Positions 51,477 to 63,400 of a stretch of 64,000 nucleotides of DNA are shown here, in pieces (the first letter of the stretch is position 1; every line of letters starts with the position of its first letter). The DNA comes from an uncultured bacterium (GTDB taxonomy: Bacteria; Acidobacteriota; Thermoanaerobaculia; Multivoradales; JAHZIX01). The position numbers were made by a program, and so were the translations under genes. The stretch spans positions 183,049 to 247,048 of the forward strand of contig CBDUPA010000012.1 in assembly GCA_965368975.1 (NCBI GenBank), read 5' to 3'. The notes under the pieces were generated by a model, which saw only the letters and a program-made list of their open reading frames with translations, was not told the DNA's origin and made no database searches.

Positions 51477-54400
51477 ATGGCTGGCAAATCCGCGACGGCG
51501 AAACCGTCTTTCTACCCACTCTCTCCGCTGCAACAGGGCATGCTCTTCCACTGCCTGGAGGCACCGGGGACAGGGCTCTACCACGAGCAGACGACTCTGC
51601 TCTTCGACGGGCAGCTCGACCTCGGCGCGTTCGAGCAGGCGTGGCGGCACGTCATCGAGCGGCACGAGGTGTTGCGCACGTCGTTCGCGTGGGAGGGGTT
51701 GAAGCAGCCGGTGCAGGTGGTGCGGACAGGGATGAAGGTGCCGTTGCACGTGGTGGATGCGCGACGCTGGGCTTTGACGGAGGAGAACGGGGCGGCGCAC
51801 CTGCTGCGGCGGGTGGCGCGGGCGGAGCGGGGGTTGGGGTTCGAGCTGACGCGGGCGCCGGTGTGGCGCTTGACGTTAGTGCGCCTGCCTGTGGAGAGGG
51901 CACCGGTTGCGAGGATACCGGCTGAGGAGGAGCGCCAGCGGTGGGGGCTGCTGTGGTCGTTCTCGCACCTGCTGCTCGACGGCTGGTCGGTGCCGCTGCT
52001 GTGGCACGAGGTGTTTTCCGTGTACCAGGCCCAGGTAGCAGGGACATCGGTGGTGGGAGCGCCTGTGCCCGGGTTGCCGGTGGTGCCGCCGTTCCGGCGC
52101 TACATCGCGTGGCTGTACCGGCAGGATACGTCGAAGGCGCAGAGTTGGTGGACGCGGAAGATGGCTGGACTGCGACGGCCGTTGCGCATGACGGAAGCCT
52201 GGGGTGAGCTGGACGCCGGGTCGGCGGCTGCAGCAGCAGGGGGCCTGGAACCGTCCCGGGCGCCGACGTTGCAGGCGCATCGGCTGGTGCCGGCGGCGGC
52301 GGTGTCTACGGTGCGGGCGTGGGGACGTGAGCAAGGGTTGACGCTCAACACACTGGTGCAGGGGGCGTGGGCGTTGCTGGCGTCGCGCTACGTGCAGCAC
52401 GACGACGTGGTGTTCGGCATCGTGGTGTCGGGCCGGCCGTCGCAGCTGCCGGGCGTCGAGCGCATGGTGGGGATGTTCATCAACACCGTGCCGCTGCGTG
52501 TGCAGGTGCCGACGGCGGGCAGCGGGCGTACGGTGGGCGCGTGGGTGAGCGAGCTGCAGCGGCAGGCAGGCGAGATGCAGCGCTTCGAGCACACGCCGCT
52601 GGCGCAGATCCAGAGCTGGAGTGAGTTGCCTGCGCGCGAGGCGTTGTTCGATTTCCTGCTCGTCTTCGAGAACCAACCCCGGGCGCAGCAGCCCCAGGAG
52701 AAGGATAGAGCTGGACTGCGGGCGGAGCTCTTGACCGGCGAGCCGGTGAGCAATTACCCGCTGACGCTGGCGGTGACGCCGCCGCTCGACGATACGCATG
52801 CGCTGCGTTTCCACCTGACAGCGCACCGTGGGCGGGTCGAAGAGAGCGCCATGGAGCGTCTGCTGGGGCACCTGGAGACGCTGCTGCTCGGCCTGGGTGA
52901 GGTGCCCGAGACGCCGCCGGCGTGGTTGCCGATGTTGACCAGCTCGGAGCGGAGGCAGTTGCTAGAGTTGGGGTCGGCGCCAGTCGGGCCTGCGGGCGAT
53001 CCAGTGCCAGCCGATCCAGTGCCAGCCGATTCAGTGCCAGCCGATTCAGTCACAGACATCGTCGAGCGCGTCTTGGCGGTGGCGGCTGAGCGGCCGGAGG
53101 CGGTCGCGCTGAGCTTTGCTGCCGTGGAGGGGCCGGACCAGGTTCTGACGTATGGCGCGCTCGATGCGGCGAGTGCGGCCCTGGCAGCGCGGTTGCGCGC
53201 GGCTGGGGTTGGTTCGGCGGAAGTGACGGTGGCGTTGCAGCTACCGCGCGGGGTGGAGCTGGCGGTGGCGGTGCTGGCGGTGCTGCGCGCGGGCGGGGCG
53301 TACGTGCCGCTGGACGTCGAGCAGCCGGCGTCGCGCTTGGCGTTTGTTCTTGAGGATTGTGGGGCGTCGGTGGTGGTGGGGGAGGGGGACCTGGCGGGTT
53401 TTGACGGACAGGTGGTGAAGGTGCATCCGAGGTTGTTCCGTTCTGGTGTAGGGGCACCCCCGTGTGGGTGCCCTCCCGGGATGGGGGACGGATCCGGATG
53501 CGGCTGTGCCGCAGGGCAGGCACATGGGCCTGCCCCTACCCAGAAAGATTGGCCCCCTGGCGCCCTCGCCTACCTCATCTATACCTCCGGTACCACCGGT
53601 ACACCCAAGGGGGTCGAGGTCCGTCGACGCAACCTCTCCGCCTTTCTCGACGCTGTCGTCCGCACCTTCGACCTCGGTGCTGATGAACGCTTACCCTGCC
53701 TGGCGCCGCATCCGTTCGACATCTTCGGTTTCGAGCTTTTGGCACCCTGGTGCAGCGGTGGCACGGCGGTGCTGGTGCCCTTGACGCCGATCCTCGATCT
53801 CGACGACCTGGTCCGCCGCTTGCCGGGGTTCTCGCGCGTTCACGCGGTGCCGGCATTGTGGGCCCAGCTGCTTGACCGGCTGGAAGCGTCCGGCGATCTC
53901 GACGGCTTGCAGCGCTTGCGCACGGTATTCGTGGGCGGAGACGTGGTGCCGCCGGCCCTGCTGCGACGGTTGCGGCAGCTCTTGCCGAGGGTCGAGACGC
54001 GGGTGCTGTACGGGCCGACGGAGGCGACGGTGCTCAGCAGCAGTCGAGCGCTGGTGCCGGGGGCCGAGGGCGATGCGCCGCTGGCGTCGACGCCGGCGGG
54101 AGGCAGCCTGGGACGGGCGCTGCCGGGGGTGCGACTTAGCGTGCGCGACCGGCTGGGTCGACGGCTACCGCTCGGCCTGGTGGGTGAGCTGGTGATCGAG
54201 GGCGCGGGCGTGACGCGCGGCTATCGCGGGCGCCCGGGGCAGACGGCGGAGGTGTTCGTGCCGGCGCCGCGGGTCGGGGGCGCATGGACCGAGGGCGTAC
54301 AAGTCGAGGGAACGCGCGCCTACCGCAGCGGCGACCGGGTGCGTTGGCGCGTCGGCGGTACGGCGGCGGAGCTGGAGTTTCTGGGGCGCGTGGATCAGCA

Positions 54401-57400
54401 GGTCAAGGTGCGCGGCTTCCGCATCGAGCCGCGCGGCATCGAGGCGGTGCTGGAGGCGCGGGCGGAGGTCGAGCAAGCGGTGGTGGCGGTGCGGTCGTCG
54501 CAGCCGGGGATGGGAGGCGATGCGGAGCTGGTGGCCTGGGTGGTGGGGGAGCAGGTGTCGGTCGATGTGCTGCGTGCCGACCTCGCCGAGCAACTCCCCA
54601 CCTACATGGTGCCGACGCGCATCGACGTCCTCGACGCCTTCCCCTTGACGGCGCACGGCAAGGTGGACCGCAAGGCGCTGCTGGCGCTTCCCGGTGCCGG
54701 GGGGCGTTCCTCGGCGAAGAAGAAGAGCAAATTGCGCCTGCGGGGCCGCACACGCGACGCGGAGACTGCGGCCGAAACGGATGTGCCGCCGCTGGCGCGC
54801 CAGCTGTGCGAGCTGTTCGCCGAGGTGCTGGACGTCGAGGTAGTGGGGCCGCACGACGACTTCTTCCAGCTCGGCGGGCACTCGGTGCTGGTGATGCGCC
54901 TGGCCGGGTTGCTGCGTGCACGCCTGCAGCGGGATCTGCCGCTGCGCGCGATCTTCGATGCGCCGACGGCGGTCGAGCTGGCGGCGGTGTTGGAGGCACC
55001 CGGTGCAGTGCCCGAGCCAGCGGCGGGATCAGCTGCGGGGCCAGCTCCAGGGCCAGTGATCGAGCGGCCAGAAACGCCTGCCGAGCCGGCCGTACGTCCG
55101 TCTTTGACGCCACGTCCGCCTTTGACAAGGCAGCCACGTCCGGAAGATGCAGCGCACGGCATCCCGCTGTCGTTTGCCCAGGAGCGGCTGTGGTTCTTGA
55201 CCCAGCTGGACCGCGACAGCCCGCTCTACAACGTACCGATGGCGCTGGAGCTGCGCGGCACGTTGGACGTCGGGGCGTTCGTGCGCGCGGTGCACGGCGT
55301 GGTGCGGCGACACGAGGTGCTGCGGACCAGCTACCCGACGGTGGCGGGGCGACCGCGTCAACGCATTGCCAGTGTTGCGGAAGGCGCTACCGGAGTCGCG
55401 CACTGGGCGGGCCTGGCGTATCTCGACCTGAGCGGCCTGGGTTTCGAGGCGGCACGGGACGAACGCGGACGCCTGGCGCGGGTCGAGGCGGTCCGGCCGT
55501 TCGATTTGCAGCGCGGGCCGGTGATGCGGGTGCTGTTGGTGCGTGGGACGGAAGTCCACACGCTGCTGTTGACCCTGCACCACATCGCCAGCGACGGTTG
55601 GTCGACCGGCGTCTTCGTGCGCGAGTTCGCGACGCTCTACAAGGGGGAAACGCTGCCGCCGCTGCCGGTGCAGTATGCCGACTACGCCCTGTGGCAGCGC
55701 GGCTGGCTGGACGAGCGCGCGCTGGCGGCCGAGGTCGAGCACTGGCGTGGGTTGTTGTCGGGTTCCTCAACGAGTGGTGGCGGACTGCCGGCACTCGACC
55801 TGCCGACCGACCGTCCGCGGCCGCCGCTGCAGACGCACCGTGGCGCCTTCGTGCCGCTGACCCTGCCGGCGCCGCTGGTCGCCAGCCTAGAGCAGCGGGC
55901 ACGGGAGTCCGGCTCGACGTTGTTCATGGTCCTGCTCACCGCCTTCCAGGCCTTGCTCGGCCGTAGCGCCGGCCAGCGGCGCCTGGCGGTCGGCACGCCG
56001 GTGGCGGGGCGTCACCACGAGCACCTCGACGGCCTGATCGGCTTCTTCGTCAACACGCTGGTGCTGGCGGCCGACCTGCGCGCAAAGGGAGCGGGAGGTG
56101 AGTCGACCCTCAGCGAGCCGACCTTCCGTGAACTCCTGCGCCGGTCGCGCGCTGCTGTGCTCGACGCCTACGACCACCAGGACGTGCCCTTCGAGCGCCT
56201 GGTGGCCGAGCTGGTGCCACAGCGAGACCTGGCGCGGCCGGCATTGTTCCAGGCCATGTTCGCGCTGCAGACGGCGCCGTCCGAGACGCTGCGTCTACCC
56301 GGTTTGACCCTGGCCCCCGTCGCTGGCGGTGCCGGCCATGCCAAGTTCGAACTGACCTTGACGCTGACGCCCATCCCCTCGGGGCCGGCTGCTGGCACCT
56401 CTGCAGGAATACTGGTGGGGAGCCTGGGTTTCAATACCGACCTCTTCGACGTCACCAGCATGGCGCGCCTGGGCGGCCGGCTGCGCGCTCTGCTCGCCGC
56501 CGTGGCCGCCGATGCGGACGCGCGTCCCGCCCTCGTGCCGCTGCTCGGCGCCGCCGAGACGCACCTGCTGCTGCACGAATGGCGCGCCGTCCGGCGAGCC
56601 TCGACGCAGGCTACCGACGATCTGGCGGCGCGCATCCGTGCCCATGGCCGGCGTCAGCCGGACGCGGTAGCGGTGCGCCAGGTGGGTGCCGGCGTCGAGG
56701 TGCCGGTAGAACTGAGCTGGCGGACCTTGCTGCACCGTGCGGAATCCCAAGCCGCGTCGCTGCAAGCTCTGCCCGACTGGGTCCCGGAGGCTCGCGTCGC
56801 CGTCTGCCGTCCGCGCTCGGTGCAGGTGGTGGTCGATTGGTTGTCGGTGCTGCTGGCCGGTGGCGCCTACGTGCCGCTGGATCCGGTGCATCCGGCGGAG
56901 CGGCTGCGCTTGCAGGTGGAGGATGCCGGAGCGGTTTTCGTTCTAGGGGAGAGGGCGCAGGTCAGGACTTCCTCGGTCGAGGATGTGCCGGTTCTCGCGC
57001 GTCACGTTGGTGGTAGATCGCAAGATGGGACAGCAGAGGACGTGGATGGTGCTTCGTATGCGCAACGAGCCGGGGGACGGGAGGGGTGTAGGGGCGCACG
57101 GATGTGCGCCCTCCCCGGTACCGCCCTCGCCTACGTCGTCTACACCTCCGGCTCCACCGGCAAGCCCAAGGGCGTGGCCGTGTCGCGCCGTGCCTTGGGC
57201 GCGATGGTCGACTGGAAACTGCGCATCGACGCGCTCGCTCCTGGCGACCGCGTCGCCTTCGCCTCGGGCCTGAGCTTCGACGCCGCCGCTACCGACGTGT
57301 GGCCGGCGCTAGTGGCCGGGGCGACGGTGTGCTTGCCCACCGCTACCGAAGAAGCCGAGCCGGCGCGCATGCTGGACTGGGTGCTGGCGGGGCGCTTGCA

Positions 57401-60400
57401 CGTGGTGCGCCTGGGGACGCCGATGGTCGAGGCGATGCTCGATCGGCCGCTGCCGGCGTCGGCGAAGCGGACCTTGCGCACCCTGGTGACCGGCGGCGAC
57501 CGGCTGCGCAAGGTGCCACAGGGCACCTGGCGTGGCGTGCTGTTCAACCGCTATGGACCCTCCGAAGCGACGGTGCAGGTGAGCCGCTACCGGGTGGCGG
57601 GCGGACGCGGGCAGAGCGGTTTGCCGACGCTCGGCCGGCCGGTGGACGGCACGGCGCTGTGGATCCTCGACGCGCGCCAGCGGCTGCAGCCGATCGGCGT
57701 GCCGGGCGAGCTGGTGATTGCGTCGATCAAGTTGGCCCGCGGCTACCTGGGCCGGCCCGCGCTGACCGCCGCGGCGTTCCGGCCGAATCCCTTCGCCCTG
57801 CCAGGCGCCGATCCGGAACTGGACTCCGGCTCGCGCATCTACCGCAGCGGCGACCTGGCGCGCACGCTGGAGGATGGCGAGCTGGAGTTCCTCGGCCGGA
57901 TCGATCACCAGGTGCAGCTGCGCGGCTACCGGGTGGAGTTGGGCGAGATCGAGACCGTGTTGACGGCGCATCCGTCGGTGGCGCAGGCGGTGGTGCTGCT
58001 GCGCGGTGGCCTGCCGGGAGGCGAGGGGCTGGTGGCGTATGTGGAGACGCCCCAGCAGGAGAAGAGGCAGGAATTGGAGGCAAAGCTGCGCGACTACCTG
58101 CGCGAGCGCCTGCCGGTTCACATGATCCCGGCGGCCTTCGTGCTGCTCGACGCCATGCCGGTGACGCCCAACGGCAAGTTCGACCGCACGGCGCTGCTGG
58201 CTCTTTCGCTGCCGGGCTCGCAAGAGCTGTCGCCACGAGATGCAGCCGCGCAAGAAGTACCTGGCACCTACTCCTCGCCCACCTCCGCGCCGGGCCTGGA
58301 ACGGCGCCTGATCGACATCTGGCGCCGCGTGCTCGGCGTGCCCCACGTGCGCCGGACCGACAACTTCTTCGACCTCGGCGGGCACTCGCTGCTGCTGATC
58401 GAGCTGCAGCATCACGTGCAGGCCGATCTCGGGGTCGAAGTGCCGGTGGTCGAGTTGTTCCAGTTCCCCACGGTCGCGACGCTGGCGGCGCACCTGGGGG
58501 GTGGGGAGACCATGAGGGTCGAGCGGGACCTCGAGCGCGTGACGCTGGTCGAGTCACCGGTGCCGACAGAAGTCGGAGGCGACGCGGTCGGCGGCGACGT
58601 GGCGATCATCGGCATGGCGGGACGCTTCCCCGGGGCCCCCGACCTCGACGCCTTCTGGCAGGTCCTGCGCGATGGTGTCGAGACGGTGTCGCGGTTCACG
58701 CGCGAAGAGTTGCTGGCCAACGGGGTCCGCGTGGAGGAACTGGAGGACCCCGACTACGTGCCGGCGCGCGGGCGGCTGTCCGAGCTCGAACTGTTCGATG
58801 CCAGCTTCTTCGACTACGCGCCGCGCGAGGCGCAGGTGCTGGACCCGCAGTTCCGGCTGTTCCTGGAACTGGCCTGGCACGCGCTCGAAGACGCTGGCTA
58901 CGACCCCGGACGCGCGCGCAAGCCGGGCGGGCCGGGACGCGTGGCGGTGTTCGGTGGTGGCGCGGCGGGGACCTATCGCTGGCACTTCGGGGCCCACCCG
59001 GAAGTGGTGGCGGCGGTCGGTTCGATGCAGGTCAACTACGCCACCAACCCGCAGTTTCTACCCACGCAAGTGGCCTACAAGTTGGGGCTCGAAGGCCCCG
59101 CCATCGATGTCCAGACCGCCTGCTCGACGGGCCTGGTGTCGCTCCACTTGGCTTGCCAGGCACTGGCCGACGGCAGCTGCGACATGGCGCTGGCCGGCGG
59201 CGTGGCGGCGGACACGCTGGGGGTGCGCGGCTACAGGTACCAGTACGGCGGCATCTCGGCCAAGGACGGGCATTGCCGTTCCTACGACGCCGAGGCCACC
59301 GGCTCGGTGATGAGCAATGGCGCCGGCATGGTGCTGCTCAAGCCGCTGGCCGCCGCGCGCCGCGATGGCGACCGCGTGCTGGCGGTGGTGCGCGGGTCGG
59401 CGCTCAACAACGATGGTCACCGCAAGGTTGGCTACACGGCGCCGAGTGTCGAGGGGCAGGCCGAGGCGATCCGCGCGGCGCATCGACGCGCGGGCGTGCC
59501 GGCGTCGACGATCCAGTTCGTCGAGGGGCACGGCAGCGCCACGCCGCTGGGCGATCCGGTGGAGGTGCAGGCGCTCAAGTTGGCTTTCGGAGACGCCGCG
59601 AACGGCAGGCCGATCGTGCTCAGCTCGGTCAAGAGTAACCAGGGCCACGCCGACACCGCCGCTGGCATCGCGGGCCTGCTCAAGACGGTGCTCGCCCTGC
59701 GTCACCGGCAGCTACCGCCGACCGTCCACTTCCAGCAGCCGAATCCACAGATGGGGCTCGACAGCAGCTGCTTCGAGGTGAGCGGCGAGCTGACGGAGTG
59801 GCCCGAGAACCGCGATGCCGACGGCACACCCCTGCCGCGGCGCGCCGGTGTCAGCTCATTCGGTATCGGCGGTACGAACGCGCACGTCGTCTTGGAGGAA
59901 GCATCGGTAGAAGCTGCACCGGTGGAAGCAGACCAGGTCCTCGATTCCTGGCGTCTGCTGGTGCTGTCGGCGCGCAGTGAGGCGTCGCTGGCGTCTTTGC
60001 AGGCGACGTGGGCGCAGGCCTTGGACGGCGTCGAGGAGGCAGCTCGGACCGGCCCTGCTTGGAATGACTGGTCCTACACCGCGCTGGTCGGCCGTGCTGG
60101 CTTCGAGCTGCGCCGGGCCTTCGTCGCGCGCGATGGTGCGGATGCCGCCGCGGTGCTGCGCGGTGACGCGCCAGGACGCCTGCTCGAAGGGACCGTCGAG
60201 CGTGGAGCCCGTCCGTCCGTCGCCTTCCTGCTGGCCGGTGTCGGCGATCAGTACCCGGGCATGGCCGCCGGCCTCTACCACCACGAGCCCGTCTTCCGTG
60301 CCGCCCTCGACCGCTGTGCCGACCTGCTGGCGTCGCGGCTCGACGTCGACTTGCGGCAGGTTCTCTTTCCAGAGGGCGTTGACGCCTATCTCACCGCCCC

Positions 60401-63400
60401 TGAGAGCGCCGACAGCAAGCCCGACCTGCGTGCTCTGCTCGGCCGCGCCCAGCGTGAGACGACGCTGCTCGACGAGACGCGCTACCTGCAACCCGCCGTG
60501 TTCGCCGTCGACTACGCGCTGGCGCAGCTGTGGCAGAGCTGGGGTGTCGAGCCAGTGGCACTGCTGGGCTACAGCCTGGGCGAGTACGTCGCCGCCTGCC
60601 TGGCCGGCGTGCTGACGCTCGAAGACGCCCTAACGCTAGTGGCCGAGCGCGCGCGCCTGCTCGAAGCGCTGCCGGCGGGCGCCATGCTGGCCGTCTCCCT
60701 GCCCGAGGCGCGGCTGCGCGAGCTGCTGGCGGAGCTGCCGGAGCGGGAAGAGCAGGTCGAGCTGGCGGCGATCAACGGCCCGGAGCTGTGCGTGGTCGCG
60801 GGTACGGTTGCGGCCGTCGAAGCCTTCGCGGCCCACCTCGCGGCCTTGGATCTCCGCGAGCCGGTCGTGGTGCGCCGACTGCCGACGTCGCACGCCTTCC
60901 ACACCTCGCATATGCAGCCGGCTGCCGCCGAGCTGCGGCAGCTGCTGGAGTCCTTGGACTTGCAGCCGCCGCGGCGCCCTTTGCTGTCCAACGTTACCGG
61001 CACCTGGGCGCGGCCCGAGGAGGTCACGACGCCCGACTACTGGCTGCGTCACCTCGTGCAGCCGGTACGCTTCGCCGACGCTCTCGCCGAGCTGTGGCAG
61101 GAGCCCGGAGTGTCGGAGAACGGCGTGCTGCTGGAAGTTGGTCCGGGCCACGGCCTGGGCAGTCTGGCGTTGCAGCAAGTGCCACCCGTTTCGTCGACTG
61201 ACGAGGGGAGCGACCACCTGGGCGCCGTCTTCGCCTCGCTGCGGCACAGCTCCGAGCCAGCCGCCGGCCTGACCGCGGATCGTGCCTTTGCGCTGACGAC
61301 GCTCGCCAAGCTCTGGCTGTGCGGCGTCGAGGTGGACGCGCAAGGGCTGTTCCACGCCTCGACCGCCGCCACTGGCCGTCAGCCTCGTCGCGCTCGTCTG
61401 CCGCTCTATCCCTTTGATCGCCAGCGCTATTGGTTGGAGGCGTCCGTCCCCGGTGCTGGTACCGGTGCGCGGCCGTCGATGCAAGTTCTGACCGGCGAGG
61501 CGGCGCCTCAGACGTCCGACCCTGCCACGGCTCCGGCGAGCCGATCGAGCGCACTGCCGCCAGTCAGCGCACCACCAGTCAGCGCACCACCAGCCGCGGA
61601 CAAGCAGCAGATCCGCCGCCGTCCCGGTCAAGCTGCTTTCGTTGCGCCGTCGACGCCGCTGCAGCAACGCTTGGCGTCCATCTGGGGTGACCTGCTCGGC
61701 GTCGAGGACGTCGGGCTGCACGACAGCTTCTTCGAACTCGGCGGCCACTCCCTGCTCGGCACCCGCTTGATGGCGCGCCTGCGCTCGGAGCTGGACGTCG
61801 AGCTGGACCTCTCCGGTCTGTTCGACAACCCGACGGTCGAGGGGCAGGCGGCGAGGATCGAGGAGCTATGGCCGGGAGCTGGGTCTGATCTGGGTAGGGG
61901 CGGCCCCATGTGGCCGCCCTCCGGGGTGGTGGGTGGGGCCCATCCGAAGTCCGGCCCCGCGCCGCTCTCCTACGCCCAGGAGCGCATGTGGTTCCTGCAC
62001 CGCCTCGATCCGGACAGCCCGGCCTACAACATTCCGGCTGTCTACCGCGTGCTCGGGTTGCTGCGGGCCGACCTGTGCGCGCGTGCCTTGGAGGTCGTGG
62101 TGGCGCGGCAGGCGGTCTTGCGTACGTGCTACGGCTTGGTCGATGGCGACCTGGTCCAGCGCACCGATCTACCGCTGGCAAACCCGCCCTTGGTCGACCT
62201 GCGCGAGCTGGCGGGCCGCGACCGGCGTGCAGTGGCCGAGTGCTTGGCGAGCCGCGAGGTGGTGCGTCCGTTCGATCTCGAACACGGTCCCGCCTTCCGC
62301 TTCACGCTGCTGCGTCACGGCCTCGACGAGCACGCCGTGCTGGTCACCGTGCACCACATCGGCGCCGATGGCTGGTCGCTGGGTGTTCTCATTCGCGAGT
62401 TCGCAACGGCGTATGGGTGTCTGGCCGAGTCGCGGGATCCGGCGGAAGTTCTGGCTCCGCTCCCGTGGCAGTACACCGACTTCGCCAGCTGGCAGCGCCA
62501 GTGGATGGCCGAACGCCTGGAGGAGCAGCTCGCCTTCTGGCGCACCCAGCTCGACGGCGTGCCGATCCTCGAACTGCCCACCGACCGTCCACGACCCGCG
62601 CGTCCGGAACCGCACGGGCGGCGGCGCGAGCGCCTGCTGCCGGCGTCGCTGCTGGCGGGCGTACGTGAGCTGGCTGCGCGCAGCATCGACGGCGGTGCCG
62701 GGGCTACCGACTTCGTCGTCCTGCTCGCCGCCTTCCAGGCCCTTCTGGCGCGCTGGCGTCTGCCGGGTACGGATGTCGATGGAGCCGTCGAGGACGGTAG
62801 GCGTGCTCTGCGTGCCGATCTCAGCGTCGGCACCCCGATCGCCGGTAGGCGTCAGCTGGAAACCGAGCCGCTGATCGGCTTCTTCGTCAACACCCTGGTG
62901 CTGCGCCGCCAGGTCGACCTGGGTGCGGGGCTGGCCGACCACGTTCGCGACGCCCGTCGCATTGCCCTCGGTGCCTTCGATCACCAAGACGTGCCCTTCG
63001 AGCGCCTGGTCGACGAGCTGCAGCCCGAGCGCAACCTGCGCACCACGCCGCTGTTCCAGGTGCTCTTCGCACTGCAGAACGCGCCTCCGCCCAGTGCCTC
63101 CAGCCCGGGCCTGCGTCTGGCGCCACAGCCCTACACCGTGACCACCGTGCGCTTCGATCTCGAAGTCAGTCTCTTTCCCGCGCGCCAGCTAGTGGACGGA
63201 GAGCTGGCCGAAACGCTGGTGCTCAGCGTCGGCTACCGTACCTCGCTGTTCGACACCACCACCATAGATCGCTTCGCGCGCGCCTTCGAGACGCTGCTGC
63301 GAGGGGCACTCGAGGATCCTGCGCGATCCCTGGCGAGTGTCCCGCTGCTCGCTGCGGCCGAGCGACATCAGGTGTTGGTCGAGGTCGAGGACACGCTGTT